Shown here: in pieces, positions 23,344 through 30,938 of the stretch
How the letters are laid out: the number at the start of each line of letters is the position of its first letter
Position numbering within the stretch: position 1 is the first letter of the stretch
Virus record (IMG/VR): IMGVR_UViG_3300045988_156575
Length of the DNA stretch: 38,458 nucleotides
Strand: one strand, 5' to 3'
Origin: a virus
Made by a program: the position numbers and the translations under genes
Notes under the pieces: generated by a model
The model's input: only the letters and a program-made list of their open reading frames with translations
What the model was told of the DNA's origin: nothing
The model's database searches: none

Positions 23344-24597
23344 ATGCAATTCGAGAAGAAGTCTGTGCGCCTGGGCGATATCCGCCCGAGCGGGCAGAAC
23401 CCGCGCGAGGACTTCGGCGATATCGGCGCCCTGGCCCGCAGCATCGAGGCGACCGGCGGCGAGCCGCTGAACCCGCCCGTGGTCGTGGCGGACGGCAACG
23501 TCTACCGCATCGTGGACGGGGAGCGCCGCTACCGCGCGCTGTCCTCGATTTACAGGGAGGACCGCGAGGTCTCCGCGCTGGTGGCGGAAAGCATGGACGA
23601 GGCCAACGAGCTCGTGGCCATGCTCGCCACCGACGACAAGCGCCAGCTGACCGAGGCGGAGCGCGCCCGCGGCGTGCAGCAGATGCTCGTGCTTGGCGTC
23701 GACGAGCAGCGCATCGAGCGCGCGAGCCGCGCCACCGCCAGGCAGATCCGCGCGGCGCGCAGGCTGCGCGGGAGTATCGAGGGCCGGCAGGTGACGCTGG
23801 AGCAGCTCGAGGCGGCGTCCGCCTTCGACGACGAGAAGGACATCGAGGCTGTCCTCGCCGCAGGTGACGGCTGGGCGGGCAAGGCCGACAGCATCCGACG
23901 CCGCGTCGAGCGCGAGGAGGCCAAGGCCGAGGACTACGACGCCTTCGGCGATGCGGGCATCCCGGTCGTGAAGGAGCAGCCCGAGGGTTTCAACTACACG
24001 GACTGGGCCAACGTCGGCCTCGCCGCCCAGAAACTCGAAGGGAAGGAGTTCGCCGCCGGCACCGTTGCCGTGTGGAAGGGCAACTACTGGGATCTCTACG
24101 AGCCGGATGACGGCTCGGGCGCCGCGCCCGAGAAGACCGAGGAGGAGATGCGGGCCGAGCAGGAGGCCGAGCGCGAGAAGGCGGCGCTCGAGGAACTGTA
24201 CAGGAGCCTGATCGGCTTCGTGTCGTCCGGCGCCTTTGCCATGTCCAAGGACCTCATGATGGAGGTGCGCGTGGGCCGCGAGGACCCGCCCGCGCTGCTC
24301 ATGGCGATGGGCGGCGACAGCCACCCCGAGAACGAGGGGCGTTTCGGACTCGTGCGAGACGAGTTCGCCCGCAACCTCAAGGCCTGCAGGCCCAGCGAGT
24401 ACGAGGCCGGCTGCTGGCTCATGGCGGCGGCCAAGGACATGGCCCAGCTCAACAACCGCTGGGGCGGCGACGACGCGGAGGCGTGGCTCGACCATTATGA
24501 CATCTTCCTCTCCGCGGGCTTCGAGCCCGGCGAGGAGGACGTGTGGCTCATGGAGAGGGTTCAGGCGAGCGCCAAGGAGGATGAGAAGGATGAGTAG
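23344..24597 (+). CDS. ParB/Srx N-terminal-domain protein
   Basis: TAGGAGG RBS. Motifs are ...IRPSGQNPRED... and ...YRIVDGERRYRAL..., followed by a long acidic C-terminal region. Confidence 0.75.
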   Translation: MQFEKKSVRLGDIRPSGQNPREDFGDIGALARSIEATGGEPLNPPVVVADGNVYRIVDGERRYRALSSIYREDREVSALVAESMDEANELVAMLATDDKRQLTEAERARGVQQMLVLGVDEQRIERASRATARQIRAARRLRGSIEGRQVTLEQLEAASAFDDEKDIEAVLAAGDGWAGKADSIRRRVEREEAKAEDYDAFGDAGIPVVKEQPEGFNYTDWANVGLAAQKLEGKEFAAGTVAVWKGNYWDLYEPDDGSGAAPEKTEEEMRAEQEAEREKAALEELYRSLIGFVSSGAFAMSKDLMMEVRVGREDPPALLMAMGGDSHPENEGRFGLVRDEFARNLKACRPSEYEAGCWLMAAAKDMAQLNNRWGGDDAEAWLDHYDIFLSAGFEPGEEDVWLMERVQASAKEDEKDE

Positions 24598-24946
24598 CGA
24601 GAAGAAGGTCAGGGTGACGGTCGAGGCGTGCGGCGAGGTCCGCGCTTTCGAGTGCCGCTGCGCGACGGTCGCGACCGCCAAAGGGGACGGCTCCGGCGAC
24701 TCATGCTTCGTGGGCCCGACCGACATCAGCGACCTGTTCGCGCTCGCCTGCGAGTGCACCGACACGCTCTGCGCGGCCTTCAGCCAGGCGGGTATCCCGG
24801 ACAGGAACGCGCGCAAGCTCGTGCTCATCGCCGCGCTCGGCGCCAATCCCCATGGGCACGCCGACAGCATCCAGACCACCGACCTGGACGCGCGCAGGGA
24901 GATCCGCGACATGGCGGCGGAGCTGGGCGTCGATGCCGACATCTAG
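24590..24946 (+). CDS. Hypothetical Cys-rich protein (118 aa)
   Basis: The ATG follows AAGGAGG and overlaps the upstream stop. Confidence 0.5.
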   Translation: MSSEKKVRVTVEACGEVRAFECRCATVATAKGDGSGDSCFVGPTDISDLFALACECTDTLCAAFSQAGIPDRNARKLVLIAALGANPHGHADSIQTTDLDARREIRDMAAELGVDADI

Positions 24947-26126
24947 CGACCGCCGGGCGGTCGTGCAGCGCGGGGCGGACGGCAGATGGTTCGCCCGCCC
25001 CTACATGGGCACCGACCGCGTGACCGGAAGGCGGATCAGGCCGTACAGGTCGTGGGACGCGGAGCTGACGCGCGAGCAGGCCCAGGCCGAGTGCGACAGG
25101 TGGGCGGCCACGTTCGACCCGTCGTCGGCCCGGGACAGCTCCAAGCGCCTGTCCTCGATGCTCGAGACGTACATCTCGGACCCGGTGAACGGGCTGTCCG
25201 ACAACTCCGTGGCCACGTACCGCAGCGTCGTCAGGACGATGGTGGAGCCGACCATCGGGCGGCTTCCCTACGACCAGCTTGAGCCCTGGGACGTGTCGGC
25301 CGCCTACCGTATGCTGCTCGTCCCAAGGACGGGCAAGGGGCTGTCGCCCAAGACGTTGCTCAAGATGCACGCGCTGCTGAAGGGCGCCTACCGCTCGTGG
25401 CAGCCGGCGCTGGGGCGGGACATCATGCTCGACGTCCCCGCGCCCTCGCCCGACCCCGTCGAACCCTTCGCGCTGTCCGAGTGCGATACCGACGAGCTGT
25501 CCCGCGCGCTGGTCTCCGCCATGTCCTCGCGCTCGGCCTCGGGCGCCAACATCTCTCGGCGCACCGAGGCCATGGCGGCCTACCTCGCCCTCAACACGGG
25601 ACTGCGCTGCGGGGAGGTCTGCGGGCTGCAGCGCCGAGACTGGCGCCGCGCCCTGCACGACCTGCACGTCGTGGGACAGGCGGTCGAGCACCCCGAGCTG
25701 CACCGGCAGGCCTACACCAAGGGCCGGCGCGTGCGCAACGTGGCGCTCGCCCCGACGGTGGAGGCGCAGCTGCAGCGCCACCTGGAGTGGCAGGACACGT
25801 GGCTCTCGCGCAAGGGCCCGGCGGCGCTGGTGGTGACCTTCGGGCCGGCAGGCGGCATCGCGCGCCCGTCCACCGTGACGAGCCGCTTCAAGTCGCTCGT
25901 GAGGGACCTGGGGCTGCCGGAGGAGACGGTGTTCCACTCCCTGAGGCACACGCACGCCTCATGGCTGCTCATGAACGGGTTCGACATGAGGACCATCCAG
26001 GAGCGCCTGGGGCACGCGAGCGTCAAGACGACGCTCGACATCTACGGCTCGGTCATGCCGGGCCGCGACCAGGCCGCCGCCGCGGCCTTTACCGATTCGA
26101 TCTGCGGAGGTGATACGGATGAATAA
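24933..26126 (+). CDS. Second tyrosine recombinase (XerC/D- or Cre-like phage integrase family) in the early operon
   Basis: Motifs are ...LNTGLRCGEVCGL..., ...HSLRHTHASWLL..., ...LGHASVKTTLDIYGSV. Confidence 0.85.
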   Translation: MPTSSDRRAVVQRGADGRWFARPYMGTDRVTGRRIRPYRSWDAELTREQAQAECDRWAATFDPSSARDSSKRLSSMLETYISDPVNGLSDNSVATYRSVVRTMVEPTIGRLPYDQLEPWDVSAAYRMLLVPRTGKGLSPKTLLKMHALLKGAYRSWQPALGRDIMLDVPAPSPDPVEPFALSECDTDELSRALVSAMSSRSASGANISRRTEAMAAYLALNTGLRCGEVCGLQRRDWRRALHDLHVVGQAVEHPELHRQAYTKGRRVRNVALAPTVEAQLQRHLEWQDTWLSRKGPAALVVTFGPAGGIARPSTVTSRFKSLVRDLGLPEETVFHSLRHTHASWLLMNGFDMRTIQERLGHASVKTTLDIYGSVMPGRDQAAAAAFTDSICGGDTDE

Positions 26127-26790
26127 CTTCAACTTCAACAGGGACTTCTACGAGGGCTGCCGCGCCCTGGGCGACAGGGAGGGCATGGCGCTCGCGTGGG
26201 CGATGCTGCGCTACGGCTACGAGGGCATCGAGCCAAAGCTTAAGCCCACCACCATGGCGGCGTTCACCTTCGCGAGGGGCCGCATCGACGCCATGGTCAA
26301 CGGCAGCCTCGGGGGGCAGGCGAGGGCCGCCAAGGCAGGCGGCATCGCAACCGCCCAAGGGGGTAGCCAAGGGGGTGTCCAAGGGGGTAGCCGACCCAGC
26401 GGGCGAGGGGGTAGCCAACAGAAAGAGAAGGAGAAGGAGATAGCCCTAGCGGGCTATAGCGCGGCCCGCCAAGCACCCGATGACTTCGAGCCCCCGTCGG
26501 CCGAGGACGTGGAGGCGTACTTCGCCGCCAACTGCCTCCGGGGCGACGCCCGCCAGTTCTTCGACCACTACGCCGCGCAGGGGTGGACGCTGCCGAGCGG
26601 CCTGCCCGTGACCGACGTGTGGGCGCTCGCCCGCAACTGGAGCCGCAAGCAGGTCGGCTTCGACGCGGACCGCAAGGCCCGCGGCGGGCAGACCTCCCAG
26701 GAGGTCGAGCGCGCCGCCGTGTGGCGGCCCGTGAAGACCGATGACGAGCTCATAGCCGAGCTCGATCGCCAGATAGCGGAGGCGTCATGA
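26119..26790 (+). CDS. DUF6291-like phage protein (replication organiser candidate) with a Gly/Gln-rich linker
   Basis: GGAGG RBS. The N-terminus FNFNRDFYEGCRALGDREGMALAWAMLRYGYEG... resembles the DUF6291 N-terminal pattern as I recall it. The function call is positional. Confidence 0.5.
   Translation: MNNFNFNRDFYEGCRALGDREGMALAWAMLRYGYEGIEPKLKPTTMAAFTFARGRIDAMVNGSLGGQARAAKAGGIATAQGGSQGGVQGGSRPSGRGGSQQKEKEKEIALAGYSAARQAPDDFEPPSAEDVEAYFAANCLRGDARQFFDHYAAQGWTLPSGLPVTDVWALARNWSRKQVGFDADRKARGGQTSQEVERAAVWRPVKTDDELIAELDRQIAEAS
26357..26416 (+). repeat. Iteron-like repeats (A/G)AGGGGGT(A/G)(G/T)CC x4 inside the organiser gene
   Basis: Copies at 26357, 26369, 26381 and 26405. A 24-nt nearly all-purine tract and the inverted repeat atagccc/gggctat (26440-26457) follow. 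Confidence 0.6.
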
Positions 26791-27143
26791 TCACCCTCAT
26801 GGAGATGCTCAGGAACGAGAAGGCCGACCCCTCACACGGCCGCCCGCTCAGCCTGACGAAGGTCTACATGACCAACGTCATGTCGCGGAGGGAGGCCGTG
26901 CTGCTGGCCAAGATCCAGAAGCGCGACGCGGCGATTGCGCGCCGGCAGCGCGAGAAGGACCTGTACGAGGAGATCGCCAAGCTCGCGAAGGGTGAGGACC
27001 CGAAGGACGGGAAGCCGAATCGCGGGTGTGCCAAAGGTGTGCCAACGGCGGCGGGGCAGCTGGGCATGCAGGCGTTGGGGTTCCCGCCGCTAGACAGTGG
27101 AAACGACGCCGGCGGGGAAGCCCCCGGCGCAAAGAACACCTAA
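26787..27143 (+). CDS. Hypothetical early protein (118 aa)
   Basis: ATGA overlap with the upstream gene. Confidence 0.5.
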   Translation: MITLMEMLRNEKADPSHGRPLSLTKVYMTNVMSRREAVLLAKIQKRDAAIARRQREKDLYEEIAKLAKGEDPKDGKPNRGCAKGVPTAAGQLGMQALGFPPLDSGNDAGGEAPGAKNT

Positions 27144-27171
27144 TTCTTTTGAGATTGAGAGGAGAGAGGTT

Positions 27172-27495
27172 TTGACCGAGATCTCAGCGGTGATGAGGGC
27201 CTACCGCGACGCCCTCGACAGGCACCGGATTCCCTGGGCCGACGACACGCAGGACACCGAGCGCGTGGGCGGCTACAGGCTGCGCGTGGAGCGTACCGTG
27301 ACCATCCTGGACGACGAGATGGTGAGCGTGCTCTGGGGCTATCAGTGCCTGCCGGGCCGCGAGCCCACGGGTGTGAGCATCGGGTACCCGAACTACCTCG
27401 AGGTGCAGTACGACCCCGTGAGCACCGAGCCGTTCATGGCCACGCCGGGCGACATCCTGGCCGGCATCTTCGGCGTGAGGGGTGAGTCGAGGTGA
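27172..27495 (+). CDS. Hypothetical early protein (about 107 aa)
   Basis: The TTG start follows a GAGAGGAGAGAGG RBS. The longer ATG start at 27097 overlaps the previous gene. Confidence 0.45.
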   Translation: MTEISAVMRAYRDALDRHRIPWADDTQDTERVGGYRLRVERTVTILDDEMVSVLWGYQCLPGREPTGVSIGYPNYLEVQYDPVSTEPFMATPGDILAGIFGVRGESR

Positions 27496-27686
27496 GCTAC
27501 GCGTGCGGCCCCGCCGACTGGATAGACCTCGCCATCGGCAGGCTCGAGGACGCCAAGAGGTCGATCGGGGCGGGCATGGGCCCGACCGCTTGCGACGAGA
27601 TGCGCCAGGCGAGGCGATGCCTCAACAGGGCGCTGATCATGGTCGCGGAGGAGAAGGAAATCGAGAAGGATTGGAGCACGAGGTGA
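27492..27686 (+). CDS. Hypothetical early protein (64 aa)
   Basis: The GTG start overlaps the upstream stop. Confidence 0.4.
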   Translation: MSYACGPADWIDLAIGRLEDAKRSIGAGMGPTACDEMRQARRCLNRALIMVAEEKEIEKDWSTR

Positions 27687-27700
27687 GGGAAGAGTCGAAG

Positions 27701-28048
27701 ATGTACACCTGCGACATGTGCGGGAAACCGACGCCGAACTATCGCGAGTACTCGCCCTCGTTTGCGGCCTTTATTGGTGAGCGGGGGTACTCGAGGTGCG
27801 ATGAGTGTCAAACGAAGCTCCGCATCACGCGTGAATGGGCGAACGAGCAGGAGGCCGAAGAGCGCATGATCTGCCCCTACTGCGAGAGCGACATTAGCGA
27901 CCCGTGGGAGTACGAAGCGAGCGAGAGCGAGATCGAATGCCCCAGCTGCGGGCGCACGTTCGAGCTCGAGATTACCACCGTGTGCACGTATAGGACGCGC
28001 CGACGCATCGAGGACATGCCCGACGGCTGGAACGGGGAGGAGTTCTGA
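27701..28048 (+). CDS. Zinc-ribbon protein (four CxxC pairs)
   Basis: The pairs are CDMC...CDEC...CPYC...CPSC. The start is an internal ATG in ORF 27482..28048. Confidence 0.55.
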   Translation: MYTCDMCGKPTPNYREYSPSFAAFIGERGYSRCDECQTKLRITREWANEQEAEERMICPYCESDISDPWEYEASESEIECPSCGRTFELEITTVCTYRTRRRIEDMPDGWNGEEF

Positions 28049-28287
28049 TGGGCCGAGGATTCATGAAAGTGAAGTCGTATCTGATTAACGAGATCGCAAC
28101 CCAGGCACGCGACGTGCTGAGCGCGATTGAGGGCAAGGACCCCGTTGCGGTCGATGATATTGAGGTGCTTGGCTGCTGCCATGAAATCGCGGAAGCTATG
28201 ACCGCCCTCGAGACCGCCGTCATGGTCGCGGAGCTAGTGCCCAGTTTTCTGGAGAGCGAGGGACAGGCTCATGAAGCGAGCGATTAG
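28048..28287 (+). CDS. Small acidic hypothetical protein (79 aa)
   Basis: TGATG overlap start. Confidence 0.45.
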   Translation: MGRGFMKVKSYLINEIATQARDVLSAIEGKDPVAVDDIEVLGCCHEIAEAMTALETAVMVAELVPSFLESEGQAHEASD

Positions 28288-28519
28288 GTGGGTGCCAGAG
28301 CGGTCCGAGTATAGAGACTGGCGCGTGCCGGACGGCGCGAGCGTGTGCGCGGATGACATCTCGACTGTGGTCGACTGCGCGGAGTGCGGGTGCGAGCTCG
28401 CGTTCGGCGAGAGCTATACATCGCGGCTGATCCACAACGACCTGGGATTCGGCTACGCCGTGTGCCCGAGGTGCTACGAGGCAGAGTTCAGGGAGATGGG
28501 AGGGAGCTGTGACCTTTGA
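28271..28519 (+). CDS. Small Cys-rich (zinc-binding?) protein (82 aa)
   Basis: CAECGC...CPRC motifs. Confidence 0.45.
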   Translation: MKRAIRWVPERSEYRDWRVPDGASVCADDISTVVDCAECGCELAFGESYTSRLIHNDLGFGYAVCPRCYEAEFREMGGSCDL

Positions 28520-28721
28520 GGACGTCGAGTTCAAGGCGTGTCCCCGGTGCGGGGTCGAGCCTGTGGTGGATGTCATGCGCGGCCATCCGCGACAGCCCCA
28601 CTTGGTGGGCGTGGAGTGCCCCGTCTGCCAAGTGAAGTACTACGCCTTTTGGTTGAACGTGGGACCGGCATCGCTTGGGCACGCCGTGGCCAAGCTCGCG
28701 GACAGTTGGAACAGCCGGTGA
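28509..28721 (+). CDS. Lar-like restriction-alleviation family protein (tentative)
   Basis: The 70-aa product has CPRCG...x...ECPVC... and ends ...AVAKLADSWNSR, the layout I associate with the Lar family (two CxxC pairs plus a C-terminal WN.R). Confidence 0.45.
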   Translation: MTFEDVEFKACPRCGVEPVVDVMRGHPRQPHLVGVECPVCQVKYYAFWLNVGPASLGHAVAKLADSWNSR

Positions 28722-28930
28722 TCCGCTCGGCGGCCGAGCTGTTCCGCGCGACCGCTTGGCGCATGGTGCCCGATCTGGTGTCGGGTCCCGCGCGCCGGGC
28801 GCTCGCGCACGGACGGGCAGACGCGCCGCGCGTGACGTCGAAGCAGATCGGGGAGACGGAGCGGAGGGCGAGGACGCTGCAGCGCGACCGCGCCCGGGCG
28901 CTCAAGAGGTCGAGAAAGGCGAAGCGATGA
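28718..28930 (+). CDS. Small basic hypothetical protein (70 aa)
   Basis: The GTG overlaps the upstream TGA. Confidence 0.35.
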   Translation: MIRSAAELFRATAWRMVPDLVSGPARRALAHGRADAPRVTSKQIGETERRARTLQRDRARALKRSRKAKR

Positions 28931-29037
28931 GGTTGTTCGAGAAGCTATGGCGGATGCTCGCCGAGAACCGCCGTGTGCGCAAGAGCATCGAGGCGCGCCG
29001 TGCGCGCAGGTGCAGGAGGTCGATGAGATGGCAGTGA
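28927..29037 (+). CDS. Possible 36-aa highly basic peptide
   Basis: ATGA overlap start. It may simply be a translational-coupling spacer. Confidence 0.25.
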   Translation: MRLFEKLWRMLAENRRVRKSIEARRARRCRRSMRWQ

Positions 29038-29276
29038 TGTGGGACGTGCAGGAGAGGGCGTGCGCGGTCTGCGGGAGGGTCTTCATCCCGAAGGCGCCCC
29101 ACGCCAAGTACTGCTCGGAAGCGTGCCGGCGCGAGCACGACCTGCGCCGCGTGAAGGAGGCCCGGCGCAAGGGCGCCAAGCCGAAGCGCGACAGGGTGGA
29201 CCGCTATCTGGCCGGGTCGGGGCCGGCGCACGACGAGATCATGGCCATGCGGCGCGAGGTCGCGATGAGATATTGA
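29028..29276 (+). CDS. Small zinc-finger protein (82 aa)
   Basis: AGGAGG RBS with CAVCG....YCSEAC motifs. Confidence 0.5.
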   Translation: MAVMWDVQERACAVCGRVFIPKAPHAKYCSEACRREHDLRRVKEARRKGAKPKRDRVDRYLAGSGPAHDEIMAMRREVAMRY

Positions 29277-29311
29277 GTTTCCGCAGGTAGACATAGGTAG
29301 ATATATAATTA

Positions 29312-29344
29312 AGGCCGCTGGCGTTTGAGTGCCGGCGGCCTTTG
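29312..29344 (+). terminator. Intrinsic terminator ending the early operon
   Basis: aggccgctggc (29312-29322) pairs with gccggcggcct (29331-29341) with one wobble, followed by TTGG. It is preceded by the AT-rich aggtaga-N3-aggtaga-tatataat. Confidence 0.55.
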
Positions 29345-29405
29345 GCAAAGACGCCTCCCGGCATCCTCTATGTGGCGTAGAGCATGGTACCACGCGGGAG
29401 GTCAC

Positions 29406-29858
29406 ATGGATGCACGTGAATATTTGGAGACTGTACGGGCCGCCCAGCGCGGCATCGACCGCCGCCTGGCGGTCATCGAGTCGATGCAGGCGCGTGAGCA
29501 GGTGCGCGCCCAGCGCTACGACGCCGTGGGCAAGGGCGCGCACGGCACGGACTTCATGAGGTCCACCGACGACCGGATCGACTACGAGCGCCGCAGCGGC
29601 GCGGAGCTGTCTGAGCTTCGGCACGAAGTGGAGAGCGGCCGCGAGCTCTGCGCGGGCGTGCGCTCCGCCAACCCGGGCAAGCGCTGGGGCGACGTGCTGG
29701 AGCTGCGATACTGCGAGGACCGCACGCTGCAGGAGATCGCGGGGACGCTGGGGGTGTCGGTGAGATCGGTCCATTCAGATATGTCATCGGCCCTGGACTG
29801 GGTCGATATGGTGGGCATCGCCACCGCAAGGACTGGCGTGGGCCGTGCGGCAATATAG
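29406..29858 (+). CDS. Late-gene transcriptional activator candidate (sigma-70 region-4-like HTH; RinA/ArpU-type position)
   Basis: GGGAGG RBS. The C-terminus is ...DVLELRYCEDRTLQEIAGTLGVSVRSVHSDMSSALDWV. It lies between the early genes and the packaging module. Confidence 0.6.
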   Translation: MDAREYLETVRAAQRGIDRRLAVIESMQAREQVRAQRYDAVGKGAHGTDFMRSTDDRIDYERRSGAELSELRHEVESGRELCAGVRSANPGKRWGDVLELRYCEDRTLQEIAGTLGVSVRSVHSDMSSALDWVDMVGIATARTGVGRAAI

Positions 29859-29886
29859 TTGGATGGCTGGTTTGCGTCAGCATGTC

Positions 29887-29925
29887 GGCCCCGATCACCC
29901 TGTGCGGTCGGGGCCTTTTGTCTTT
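29887..29925 (+). terminator. Intrinsic terminator after the late regulator gene
   Basis: ggccccga (29887-29894) pairs with tcggggcc (29908-29915), followed by TTTTGTCTTT. Confidence 0.55.
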
Positions 29926-29932
29926 ACGGGAC

Positions 29933-30022
29933 TGCAGACAATTGCAGACAATTGCACACTTCTGCAGACAATTGCAGATAGTTGCAGACGATTGCACACA
30001 ATTGCAGACCGTTGCAGGTTTC
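29933..30022 (+). repeat. Nine tandem 10-bp units (consensus TGCAGACAAT), exactly helically phased
   Basis: Units begin at 29933, 29943, 29953, 29963, 29973, 29983, 29993, 30003 and 30013. Each starts with TGCA. Confidence 0.9.
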
Positions 30023-30168
30023 TTCTGGGATATAACTAGGGTGTCGATTCGCAGCGCCGCCCGCGCGGCATGCGGGTCGGATGTGCTTGGAAGCACAGAT
30101 GAGTGGCCGGGGTTCCCTTCAGCAGTTCAGGGACTCCGGCCTTTCTATTCCGTTTAATTCAATAGGGG

Positions 30169-30378
30169 ATGATGCCCGTGGTCAGCCGAGAGTACATCAC
30201 GCGATCCGCCCGCCGCCACGACACGGTCATGGCGTGGGCGTTCCGTCGCGCCCTGGGGGTCACGGCGGCGCCCCGCCGCCGACCAGGGAGTGCCGGGGGC
30301 GTGCGCCTGGAGGCGCTGCGCTACGGGGGCATCGAGGCGTGTATGTTCAACCGAGGGCGCTCCCCGGTGGAGTGGTAG
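30169..30378 (+). CDS. Hypothetical protein (69 aa)
   Basis: The ORF ends 3 nt before the HNH gene. The RBS is weak. Confidence 0.3.
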   Translation: MMPVVSREYITRSARRHDTVMAWAFRRALGVTAAPRRRPGSAGGVRLEALRYGGIEACMFNRGRSPVEW

Positions 30379-30381
30379 GGG

Positions 30382-30789
30382 ATGGGCAACCCGCGCAAGG
30401 CCAACGGCGCCCGACGCCGCCATGTCGTGCGGTGGCTGCGCTCGCAGGGTAGGCCCTGCTGGATATGTGGGCTACCCATAGACTACGGGATGCCTGCGGG
30501 CGACCCCCGGGCTTTCGAGTGCGACGAGCTCGTCCCGGTCAGCCGCGGCGGATCGCCCTTCGACCGTGACAACGTCGCCGCCGCACATCGTTGCTGCAAC
30601 AATTGGCGCCGCGCCCGCAGCGTCGCCGAGGTCTCGGCCGTCCGGTCCGCGCTCGCCTCGCGCCGCGCCGCCTGGAACTCGCCCGAGACGTTCGTCGCGC
30701 TGTGCAAGGCGCTCAAGGACGATCGCGCATCGGTTATTGGTCCCCCGTCCGTGCCCGACAGACAGCCTCGGGCAACGACCTCGTGGTAG
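30382..30789 (+). CDS. HNH endonuclease (terminase-associated type)
   Basis: The motif is CWICG...ECDELVPVSRGGSPFDRDNVAAAHRCCNNWR. Confidence 0.85.
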   Translation: MGNPRKANGARRRHVVRWLRSQGRPCWICGLPIDYGMPAGDPRAFECDELVPVSRGGSPFDRDNVAAAHRCCNNWRRARSVAEVSAVRSALASRRAAWNSPETFVALCKALKDDRASVIGPPSVPDRQPRATTSW

Positions 30790-30938
30790 GGGACGCGCCT
30801 CGGCACTCGACCCCACGGGGGTCTTTTGCCGGATGGCGACGGGCCACCATCCCGCGCCAGGGCCGCAATACCCCCGAATACGCTTTTTTACGGAAGTCAA
30901 GCCAAAGCCGCAGCTAAACCGAGAAAAACTAGGCGGGT

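Noticed and set aside
29845-30157. Two ORFs (64 and 91 aa) across the 10-bp repeat array, and the possibility that the array is a CRISPR.
   Set aside because: The peptides are just periodic translations of the repeat (LQTIADxC). The units are contiguous 10-mers with no spacers, so this is neither a CRISPR array nor a credible gene.
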